Shown one piece after another: positions 21,510 to 32,495 of a stretch of DNA of 38,687 nt; the stretch's first letter is position 1, and each line of letters starts with the position of its first letter. Below the pieces are notes generated by a model. That model saw nothing but the letters and a program-made list of their open reading frames with translations, did not search any database and was not told where the DNA came from. Source of the stretch: Pelomyxa schiedti (taxonomy: Eukaryota > Protista > Evosea); the NCBI GenBank assembly GCA_020536535.1, contig JAHLWZ010000095.1, forward strand, positions 1-38,687, read 5' to 3'. A program made the translations under genes and the position numbers.

Positions 21510-24500
21510 ATGAGGGGTAGTGGAGCAATGCGTCACAGCAACAAGGTAGGGGATGCCCCAGAGGGTGGTGGAGCAACTATGGGACTGTCTTTAGGGGATT
21601 CCCAATCCCAAACCGCGGGCAGTAGTACATTGTTAGTGGGAATCGGAGCCCCAATTGATGACTCAAGATTGATGAAAAAGAGGTTGGCCATTTTACACTT
21701 ATGTTTGTTTGGTTTTTTGGTTCCCCCCTCCCCATTTGAATGAATAGCCCTGCCAAATATGCCAATATCTCACTTGGAGTCTAAGTAGGATGGCAGGTTC
21801 ATGTTCTATCATGGTAATTGTACCTGTTTCTGCTGTGCTGGTTGTGGTCATTGTACTGCTGGCATGCTTGGTTCCAATGACATCACTTTGGATCACTTCT
21901 CTGAAGGGTCTCACCAGCACTTGCACTTCGAGTCTATCCTATGTGATTTTCCTATTTCCCATAACGCTGTTGTTGACTTTCTGTAGGAAATGGATGTGTA
22001 CAGAAATTTACTTGTAGAAAAGAGTGTGGACAGTATCGCTATACAGATGAGGATACCACCCCTTCTTGTTGATGCAGTGAAAATGGCAATTCCAGAGTCG
22101 TCATACACTTCCTCTGTGCTGTTACATACAGATCCAAGTGCTTTTCAACTCATTTTGCGCGGAATGGCTAAACAATTCACCTCAATCAGCAATTTGGTAC
22201 GACTGTCTCGAGAATAGTACGTTTTCTTCCTTAATGCGCATTCAGATGGTGGCCTGGGTGAATAACCAAGGGAATCACCTCTACGCTGATATGCAGACCT
22301 ATTGGGGAGTCCACGATAGTGCCGTCAACTCAAATATTACTTACTTCTGGATCCGTGATGGGTATCCAACAACCGAAAGGCGAGCGGAGAGAGATCTTAC
22401 AAATTACAACCTCACTCTGCGGTCGTGGTGGTATGTCTCATACTGCACTTTCTGTGAGGGCACGCCTGACCCCTCTAAAGGAAAGTTGGACTTAATGCCT
22501 GGAACGGATCTTGGACGTCTGTATATATGTCTGCCAATCCCATTGAAGGCAGAGTCATGGCATACACAATCAGACCCTCAATCTCTGTCCCTGCTGTGAT
22601 TCAAGCCACATATACTTTGTCTTATCTGCAAGATTTTTTCTTCCACTTCAATCTGACAACAAACGGCCTGGCGTTCCTGTCCGAAGATAGGACGTTGAAA
22701 ATCATTGCTGGAAGTGCTGGCATTCCGATTCTTACTTCAAGTGGAGGTCCTATCTTTGCCACAAATTGTTCAAATGCGACCATCAGAGCTGCTTCAGGCC
22801 AGGTATTGATGCTGGCAATCTAACCCGCGTAACTGGTCATAGTGGCTGAATCTGACTGGGCAGAGTTACACAGAGAAACACTTCTTAATGGAGACAGACG
22901 AGGGACCCACTTATGTGGATGTTGTACCAATCTCTGGGGATGGTGGACTTACGCTGTGGTTGTTTCTGATTACACCCGAGAAGGTATTACCCACGGCTCC
23001 TGTTGTGTTTTACAAACCATTAAATTAGGATTTCATGGAAGCAATTCAGGAAGAGCAAAGCAATGCGGTTGATGATGCCTATCTATCCCTTTGGGTGGTA
23101 CTCTCAATAGAAATATGCATTGGCATACTCTCCGTTGCCATCAGTGTGACACTGGCACTTATTCTTGCCCGTGCTCTTGGGAATGTAATCCAAAAACTCC
23201 GCAAAGTTTCCAGCGGGAACCTCAATCGGTAAGATATTTCCTGTACTTGATGTCCCTAATCACCCCCGCAGCACCTCCAGTAACACTGCGTTGAAAAGAA
23301 GCCTTCTTAAAGAAATCGATTCAGTTTAGGTTTCCTTTGAATTTCGTGCCTTCTGACTCTTTTTTAAGTTAAACTCGGAGGTCACAATTATGCAATCTGC
23401 ACTGGAGTCCTTCAGTCAGTGAGTTTCTTTTCCTTAAGATAAAATACTAAGATATGTCTTCTGACATCTTTCAGATACGTTCCCACGCAGGTTGTCAGGT
23501 GGCTTATCTTCCATTTTTACCCCCATCTAACCTGAAATGAAGTTACTTGTGCAGAAACCACATGAAGCCGGTTGTTGGGGTTGCCAGAATGCATTGCACA
23601 GTCATGTTTCTTGATGTTGTGGATTTTGTATGTGCCCTCCTTTGGACTTCTCTATGACTCGCCCGCTTATTTCTCGTAAAGACTCATAATATGGAGCATT
23701 ACGGCGCTCAAGTAATCATTGATATTCTCTCCACGATGTTTGAGTCCTTCTCCACTGTTATCACCAAAAACAATGGCTGCATTGACAAGGTAATTCGTTA
23801 GCCTCATGCCAAACTCACAAACAATTTGTAGTACATCGGTGATGCCATTATGGTACAATCTACCTTCCTTTTTTGCCCTTTAAACAAGTAACTTAGGCTC
23901 TGTGGGGTTGCCCTGTGAAAGATCCCAACTCGGAGATGAATGCCTGCAGGGCTGTTGCCGAAATGTTAACAGAGCTTTCAAGACTGAACATGATTTTCCA
24001 AGCCAAATCTTATCCCGCAATGAAATTCCGAATTGGAGTAACTTCCTCATTTCCTCCCACCTATCACTGCTGACTCTTCCCCAAGCTACATTCCGGAGAA
24101 GTGAGTGCCGGCAATGTTGGGTATGTGCTCCATTATGTGCACGGTTTTTAACTGGTTTTGAAGGTCGAGTCACCGATTGAACTACACAGTGTTGGGTAGT
24201 GCGATTCCTTGTCTAAGTCTTCTAACAGTGTTCAAAAGGTAACACTGTAAACCTAGCAGCCAGACTTGAACCGCTCAACAAAGAACTTCTTACGGCGGTG
24301 CTTGTCACAGACAACATCCGGTCTGTTTCGAAAAGCGACCCCACGTTTTCGTGGAGAGCACTTGGACACATTCAAGTAATCAATATCCCATTGCGTTTCT
24401 TGTGTTACAATGCTGAAAATCTTCGAAGGTTAGAGGATTCAAAAGACCAGTTCTCGTCCACGAATTCCTTGGTTTCACATCACAGTAACCTCATCACTCT

Positions 24501-24760
24501 CCCTCTTTCCCTCCTTCTCACTGTTCCACAGATTGAAGCCGGAAACGAAACAAATTCTACGGGACTATGCGCCGATCGACGCGATGCTGTTCAACAAAGA
24601 CGAGGAGATGCACGCTGACGAGGTCACCACAGCCATGGCCGAGTACCTGGAGCTCCACCCAGAGGACTACACGGTCACACAAGCAAAGGAGTCCCTAGTA
24701 GCTCCCCACTCCACCACATCATCAGCCGGCGTAAACGCAGGTAGCAATAGACGGCTGTAG
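21510..24760 (+). CDS. Receptor-type class III adenylate cyclase (TM, Cache-like sensor, TM, HAMP, cyclase)
   Basis: Two hydrophobic helices flank an extracellular domain (RDLTNYNLTLRSWWY), then a HAMP-like linker to FSQYVP. Catalytic motifs TVMFLDVVDF, IDKYIGDAIM, FRIG-LHSGEVSAGNVG, RLNYTVLG-NTVNLAARLE. The K and T specificity residues indicate ATP. Confidence 0.92.
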
Positions 24761-24902
24761 GCCGTGAGTCACAACTCCTCTCCATTGTACCTAGAAACTT
24801 TCACTATTAGAACAGACTGTCTATAAAGAAAAACGGGGAATTTATTGAATTTCAAATGAAATTTTTTTTTTTTTGAACTGTTTGTTTGGTGTTATGGAGT
24901 TT

Positions 24903-27900
24903 TTACATTAGGTCAGAGGAGCCACTTGACGTTGTGGTGGTTGTGGTTGTTGTTGATGTGCCTGTTAGTGCATCAAGGGGTGTTTGTGTTGTGGTGCCAT
25001 ACTGCTGTGATGAGTCCGTTGTTGATGGTGTTGAGTCGGGAACCACTCCTTCACTGCTCACGCCGATGGGAGTGGAGGTGTTTGCTGTGGTTGGTGTGTT
25101 GTTGGGCATTACAACCATCTCTACTAGGTCTTGTATCCCTCCTCCTCCTTGGTGTGAGGGTTCTGCGGTTTCATTACTGGCTGCTGCGGTTGTTGTGGTT
25201 GTTGTTGTGGTAGTAGTTGTTGTTGTTGTTGGGGATGCTGATGGATCGGGAAGGATTGGTGGTTCTCCGGCACCGGGTTCATTGAGACCCAGGATGTTCT
25301 GTGTAAGGGCCTTTGTGAAGTCCAGAGCCTTCTCGCTTTGGCGCAGTACATTTTGCGAGGTGGAGACAACCACTTGTACGGGAGTGAAGGCTGTTACGTC
25401 TGTAAGAAGCCGCTGGAACATTATAGCGGCGTTTCCGGGTAGAAGAACATCGCGGAAAAGCCACACCAGTACAACGGCAACGCACTCTGTGAGAAATTAT
25501 CAAACAAAATAAATTAGCGGGAGGGTAGGCGCACTTTTGGCAACTTTATTGCCTGCTCGGACAATAGTGTCTCGGGTTTTATCATCTAAGAATCCTTGCT
25601 GGCACAAGGAATCCAGCTTCGTCTTACGCTGTTGAAGTAGAAGACTTACGGCAATACTGTTTAGGGCAAGATCGTAGTGCAAGCGTTGTCTCTTCCTAAG
25701 ATTGTGCAGTTCACGAAGGCAGTCATGCTGCAAAAGCTCGAACTTGAAGAATGTTACTTATACGACAAAAAAGTGCGCGAGGTCAAGTACTTGTTGATGA
25801 AACGATATACCAGTATCAGTGTCGACAAGGTGAGACGCATGCTTAAGAGCTTTCAATATGCACTGGGTCCTTAGAATAAGCCAGTGTGTAGTCGTGAAAG
25901 TATGGTATACAGCTAGCCACCTGAATCCGGACATACGGGCCAATCTTCGAGGGAATTTCTGTTTTTGGAAATTGAGAAGAGAGTGTTGGATAGCAGGTAA
26001 CCTACAAATCTGGGGTGGAAAGGCTTGGAGAGAACTTGCCAACTCTTTTCGAAGAGATGGGGAGGGTCATCAGCTGTATCGTCTATGACCGATGTAAGGG
26101 AGATAAGACCACTGGGCGTGAGGTGAGACATCGTTTCGTGCTGTTCTAGAATATCTGCCTTCACGTGTTGCATGAGCAATTCCCTTGCCTTAACCTCATT
26201 AGTTTGGTGGGGGAAAATAGGATTGTTCTACTTGAATGATATCCTCATTTATCTCACCCTCCCTGGTTTGTAAGGCCTCCTGTGCCACTTCACCATCCCC
26301 GTGGGGGGCAGAGGAACTTGGTTCTGGTTGCTCTGCAGCTGCTTCTTCAGCTTGCGCCTGTAACAGTCAACGAACGGGAAGGTCAAATGACTACTCACAT
26401 CTGCATCATACGCGTTGGCCAAACTTTGTTTCCACATAGAAACCCAGTCAGTAAGCTCCATAACAATTTGGTTTGCATCAGCTTTGACACGGGGAACAGC
26501 AGCATCAACCAGATCCCAGTTCACGTGTGTAAAAACTGGATCTTTCTTCAGTTCATCTCTTAATTCATTGGACTCACTGCCAAGATAATTAATTGACAAA
26601 GCATTTTTTTGGACTCAAACTTGTCTAAGTCTGTAAGTGCACGGGAAAACATGTGCACAGTTTTTGGCTTGAATTTCGGGAAGTTAAGTAGCTGGTAAAT
26701 AGGTTTGGCGAGAATTCCATTTATCAAGGAAGTAAGGAGCACAGTTCCTACAACCTTGGGAAATCGGTCAACGTTCGGCAAGAGGTGGCAAATATACCTG
26801 AGTTACAAACTCTCTTCGGAACCATGGGCTATAGTTTTCATTTGCAGAAACAAACAGAGCCAGAGAAAGAGAAACCCCTCCCCTGAGACCTGCACTCCAT
26901 AGCATCAAAAATTTCTTTCGATCGAAACCATAGCCGGTTTTAGCAAGTATTGGCCAACAGCACGCAAGAGCAATTCCACGTGCAACCTGGTAAAGTTAAT
27001 TGTTTGGTAGAAGTAAGAAGAGATACCGTGATAGAGATGAACGTTAAGAACATATTGAACCAGTCCCAAGCAGAAGATTCAGACAAGGCAAAATAGACAA
27101 TGTCACCAGAGAAGAAAAATATCAGTGAGTTGATAATGAACTCCAATTGCTCCCAAAAAACAGCATTGGGCTGCGGGACTTGCATAAAAACGAGTGCCTA
27201 ACAGTAAAAAACCTATACCTCAGTAGCATTTGGACTAAGTCCGAACTTTCCTTGGTAAGCAAAGTACAGTCCAAATGTTACCACCGCCAAAACGCCAGAA
27301 GTTCCAATAAGTTCTAGAGGTATATTAGTACAGGGCGGGGAAGAGAAAGCACACCAGACAAGAACATAGTACTGAACACAGCACACACAAGCACAGTGAT
27401 TTCTAACACTGGCTTCGCGTGAATTGTACGCAACCAGTAGTAACTGACCCAGGCAACCACGGCTCCAAACAGGGGGCCTCCTCCAGTTAACTTCGAACTA
27501 ATAAGTGACATTCAAATACTCAGTCATACTCACTCTTACAGCCGCCCAAATGGTTTTCCCCACGTAAAACTGATGGTCTATCAGAACGCCTTGGATGACA
27601 AAGAATAACACGTAAGCTGTTCCATCATTCAGTAAAGCTTCTCCTACGCTGTGGTGAACAGGGAAAATTGGGTAATGAAAAATAAACACCTTCAATCAAT
27701 ACGCTAAGTTTTGGAGAAGCGCCCAACTTCTTCACAGTGGCAATTGTAGCAACAGGGTCTGTGGCAGAGAGAGCAGCCCCCTAGTGGTGTGACTTTACAG
27801 AATATTCATAAAAAAGCAAGTACCAGAAGAAGGGATTCTGGCCAGTTCCACTCGTACCCTTTCATCGAATTAGCGTATTTTGCAATTATACCAATGACAG

Positions 27901-28438
27901 TTGCAGTGATCAGGACAGCTAAAGAGGATGTTATGCAGGTCAGAATAAATGAAAGGGCGCACCTGGACCAGCAAGAAGTAGAGACTGCCAAACCAACCTT
28001 TTGAATGTGTGCCAATCTATCTCCAGTCCGGCCACAAACAAAATCGGAGGCAAAAACACCAAAACGATGATTTCAGGATCAAGCGATTTGGAGAGTTCCA
28101 TCACACCCAAAGCAGTTGGCGCCAATGCGATACCTGTGACAAACTCTTAATACCAACTACAGACCCAAACCGAAATAAGTGGATTCATACATACCAAAGA
28201 GAAAAACAGGAATGTTCCAAATTCGGATGGTCTTTGGTAACAAGTAGCTCATAATAGTGAACGACGCACATGAAACAAGAAGCGCCAGACAACACGCCTC
28301 CACGATTTCGAGCACAAGTTCGTTTGAAGCCTCTTGCTCAGTCTCTGACGATTCCTCAATCACTGAGGATGACCACGACGAGAGCGAGGATGAAAACGAC
28401 ATGGACGACGACATCGATGACGAGAGAGACAACGACAT
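24903..28438 (-). CDS. CPA1-family Na+/H+ antiporter (NhaP/SOS1-like) with long cytosolic tail
   Basis: LDPEIIVLVFLPPILF, ALSATDPVATIA, GEALLNDGTAYVLF, FWEQLEFIINSLIF, AGLRGGVSLSLAL; many short introns; Thr-rich C-terminus. Confidence 0.92.
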
Positions 28439-28439
28439 T

Positions 28440-29235
28440 GACTTGTTGAGACTTTGGATCTCTAGCTTGTTGGTTGTGTCTCCGACACAAGTGACCGGGA
28501 TCTACCGCTACGCTCACAGCACGCGTGCGAAACTTTTTTTTTTTTCTTTAAATAAAGTCACGGATTGGATTCTCGATCCTCAGTTGATGTGCCCTTTTCT
28601 AATGTTCAATCTTTCGAAGGTTCGCGCACCACCGAAGCTTCGTCTTTTTTTTTCCCCCTTCACCATCAGATCTGAGGTCTCAGGTGGTGCGTTTCTTGTT
28701 GTCTCTTAAACCAGTGTTGGCGGGAACCCGGGAAAACGGGAAACGGGAAGAGAATTTGGGCGGGGCCCGCTCCCGGGAAATGGGTGGGTCTTCCCGGCTC
28801 TTCCCGAATCTGCTGGGGAAATCTCTTGATGTAAATTTCTGCTTACAAAGTCCTGAGGAACAACGACGGCGAGGCAAAGGACAGAGTGGAGGAACCAGCC
28901 GAAAAGCAAACCTCAGACATCTTGCCCCATGTTGATAGCCCCACACCACTCCCAAACGGGGATATCACCGATGCACCACCACCAGGTGTTTCTCGAAAAA
29001 GGAAATGTCCGGGAACCCGGGAAAACGCCCCCTCTTCCCGGGAATGGGTGGGAAGCAAAAAAAAGTGTTTCCCGGCCAACATGTCTTAAACAGAAAACCA
29101 CACCCTAGTACACTCGGTGGGGTGTTGCAGATCGATTTGAAGGGTTCAATCAGTTTCCCGAAAGAGAGTGAAATGAAAATCTTCACGTTTTGACGAACCA
29201 CAAACGAAACAACAAACAATAAAAAAACTTGAGAG
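28440..29235. promoter_or_regulatory. Divergent intergenic region with repeated CCCGGGAA motifs
   Basis: Lies between head-to-head antiporter and GILT genes. cgggaacccgggaaaacg is exact at 28721 and 29010; tcccgggaa(a)tgggtggg at 28771 and 29036. Confidence 0.45.
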
Positions 29236-30237
29236 ATGCGGTTTGACGTTGTTGTTTGCATCGTTGCACTTGTGGGTTGTGTCGCGGGCCAGGACTTGGT
29301 CTCCGTTATCCTCGAAGTCGAAGCGTATGTTTTTGTTTCTGTTGCTTTTTTTCTCTCTCTTTTTTTTTTCAAAGATTGTTTTTACCAGTATAACTGTATT
29401 TTAATTTTACGAACTAAATTGAAACAGTATGTGCCCTAATTGCCAAGACTTCATATCTTCACAGCTCAACACTACGTTGGAAGCTGAGGGTGTGTGGGAT
29501 ATAATGGATCTCGTGGTTATCCCATGGGGGAATGGTACGCTCACTCCTCGTGCTTGTGTCACCCTGTTCTAACCGAATCTTTTTAGCTTATTGTGACACA
29601 ACTACTTGCCCTAATCCTATTGGTAATCGATACGATGTTGATACCCGCGAGTGCTGGAATGCCGCGGTATCGATTCCTCCATTCCCACATCAATTCAATT
29701 TACTTTCTCTCAGTGTGTTAATGACACCGCACCTTCTGACTGTTTTACTTGCATTGCCGTCGATACTACCGGCCAGGTTCCTGGAAATTGTTTCCGCCAT
29801 GCAAAAATTAACTGAAAACTGCAGATATGCCAACACGGCAATGACGAGTGCATTGGCAACAGGTACGAGGGCTGCGCAATCTACTTATACCCGGATTCCC
29901 ACCAATGGTGAGTCCCAGCAATTCCATTAATGATTTGCCTCACACACCAAAAAGGGAGCCGTTTGTTTACTGCTACGAGGGACTTCACGGGGGAGACACC
30001 AAGTACCTCCAGACCTGCTCCACGTACGCCTCACTAGACTACAACAAGCTCTACGCATGTGCCACAAGCAGCACCGGTGTCAACATCGACATCGGCAACG
30101 CCAAGCACACCAACAACCTTGGGCCACACCCAGGGGTGCCCTACACACTCATCAACGGTGTTGAGTTCTCTGGTGTATCTCTGCTCCGCGCTGTATGTGC
30201 TGCCTACACTGGTGTGCCTCCTGCCGGCTGCCCTTAA
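29236..30237 (+). CDS. GILT-family (gamma-interferon-inducible lysosomal) thiol reductase
   Basis: Signal peptide; spliced EAMCPNCQDFI (CXXC), IPWGNA, signature CQHGNDECIGN, GVPYTLING, VCAAYTG..C. Confidence 0.93.
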
Positions 30238-30431
30238 CACAACCAACCACACAATCACGCACCCCACCTTGGGTAGTATTGAACTGAATGAACAAACAAA
30301 AGTGGAAAGAAGATATGGCCACTTTTTTTTTTTCAAGATACTACCGCGTTTGACATGAAATTTTAATGTGTCTGTGTTTGTTTTTGCGGATTAGTATATA
30401 AACATAAAATCCAATTTCCTCCTCAGGAACC

Positions 30432-30850
30432 TCAGTCCTTGCTGGTGTTGGTGGATTCTAGTTCACTTGTGATCATTGACAAAGCCTCATCCAAATCACG
30501 TTGCAATGGGGTAGTATCATGGAACCCAGCGGCCCTGGCCGCTTCCCTGTAGTGATGTTATCTTGATAGAGAAAGACTTGAGGAAACAGCTCACTTCCGG
30601 AATGCTCTTTCAGTGAAAATCCTGCCCCTCATTGCATCATACATCCCAGGAGGCTCAAACAGAATGGGTTTGATTACACTTGTATCAGCCAGTCTGCAAG
30701 GAAACGCCCTTCCATGATACTTGGAATCATCATCAGCCTTCAACTGCCCAAGAAGAAGTGACCAGTGGAAAGAAAGTCAATATAATCAAATAACGATAAC
30801 GTACCGTTATAGGTTGTTGTCCCACTGTGTCCTCTTCTACCCTTTTTCCT
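30432..30850 (-). CDS. Small multi-exon hypothetical protein, 3' exons only; start unresolved
   Basis: Spliceable exons LKADDDSKYHGRAFPCRL..FEPPGMYDAMRGRIFTERAFR / EAARAAGFHDTTPLQRDLDEAL..KD*. Confidence 0.45.
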
Positions 30851-31180
30851 TTAGTACAAGTATAGAAAAGTAATGTAAAAAAACGAAGTATTTATGTGTA
30901 CCACATGACTGGTATTTTTCTTACTCCCTGTTGTTCAGAACCTCTCACTCTCTGCAAAACAATTCGTTCCATAATTATGAAACCAACCTCGCCCCCTTTC
31001 ACTCTATTAATACCTTGCCTAGCGACTGGGGTTGGCTAACCAACGACCCCGTGGTTTTATTACTCCCATCATCGTCTCTCGCCTGCATCACCCCTTACCA
31101 TCAAAATAGTTCTCAGAAGAATCCTCTTCATGATTATTGTACCATAGGAAGTAAGTTGTTTGATAATTGTACTTGTTGTG

Positions 31181-32401
31181 TCAGAACACATTGCAATCGG
31201 AACTTTTTGTGTGCTTGGAGAGTGAAAAGTGGCTTGGGAATGACAGGATTGCAAGTTGTGTGCCAGTTACAGCATCCTGCAAAGCAATTCCACTGGTTCC
31301 TCTGGTGGAATCATGTGGGCCAAGCCACATGAGGATGATTCCTGGTGCTGCCGGGGTCAAACTTTCCTGCTGGAATTTAGTCCAGAAGGTTCCATGTGTA
31401 CCACACGGTTTGGAGAGGTCAGAGGTGTGATAAACCTTCAGTGTTTGAAGGCCCTTGCTCACCACACCAAAGTGCTCTGGGCCCACAGCGGTGACAATTG
31501 ACATGCCTGAAACAGGGTGGCGCAGAGTGGTGTCAGTGTCGAAAAGGAAAGGCTTTGGGTAATTGTACAGGGCGCATAGGGTGTCTCCACACCACACTGT
31601 GTGAAGAGGTCCCTCTGAAAGATCCAAATTCCTACGAACAACCGGCGATTGGGTGCTGAAACTGGCTTCCAAATCAAGGAAGTAAGCACGCCATCCCAAC
31701 GAGTCTGTGTCGTCCACAACCACCACGAATTCATCATCTCTTTGCCTGGAGAACATCCCAGATTGCACATATTTTCTTCCCATATCGATGTGCACACATG
31801 GTTCCTGAACAACTGAAGAACCACCATCACCATCACTATCACCAAGCTTCCACACCACAATCCTGCACAGCAGCCCCATGACAAACCACTTTGAATTTGA
31901 GCACACCAGGTTTGCAAATGTGCTCCAGTAATCCATTGCCAGCTTCCTTGTGATTTTCCCAGTGTGAGGGTCAACAACACCAACCCTCAGGGGCCTTTTT
32001 TCCTTGGCCTCTCTCACAAGAACCACAAACAGGTGTGTGCCGTTCCAACTCCCAAACGCCGTTTGATGGGGTTTCTTGGAAAACGAAAACGCGAGCGAGT
32101 GCACGACGCCGAGCGTAGGCGACAATCCCACAATGACTTGCGAGCGCGCCCCGATGCCGCCCATCGTGTGCCGCAGACGCACCGTGAACATGGAGACCGA
32201 CGCCGCGGCGACCACCCACGTTCGGCCAAACTCGGCCAACAACCCTGAGGACGCCCTCAGTCTCATCACACTGCTCCTGGAGCCGCACCGCAACATCGTC
32301 CCACAATAGAACGCCACGAACTGCGCCCGTGCACAAATCACCGGCGTTAGTGTGAACTTCACCGGTGGAGGGTCTTCGACACGCGTCAGGGTAGTTGCCA
32401 T
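31181..32401 (-). CDS. Intronless 406-aa hypothetical protein of a multicopy family; possible degenerate beta-propeller
   Basis: Long clean ORF rich in beta-strand/W motifs (CSNSKWFVM..IVVWKL); near-identical paralog at 1-590. Confidence 0.8.
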   Translation of the reverse strand: MATTLTRVEDPPPVKFTLTPVICARAQFVAFYCGTMLRCGSRSSVMRLRASSGLLAEFGRTWVVAAASVSMFTVRLRHTMGGIGARSQVIVGLSPTLGVVHSLAFSFSKKPHQTAFGSWNGTHLFVVLVREAKEKRPLRVGVVDPHTGKITRKLAMDYWSTFANLVCSNSKWFVMGLLCRIVVWKLGDSDGDGGSSVVQEPCVHIDMGRKYVQSGMFSRQRDDEFVVVVDDTDSLGWRAYFLDLEASFSTQSPVVRRNLDLSEGPLHTVWCGDTLCALYNYPKPFLFDTDTTLRHPVSGMSIVTAVGPEHFGVVSKGLQTLKVYHTSDLSKPCGTHGTFWTKFQQESLTPAAPGIILMWLGPHDSTRGTSGIALQDAVTGTQLAILSFPSHFSLSKHTKSSDCNVF

Positions 32402-32495
32402 CAGCCCTGACGCACAAAGGCGAAGCTTTTTTGTTGTTGATTTCCGGGAATGTGAGTTTGTGATCTTTCTTTAAAATCGGTAAATCAAGTGTCCC

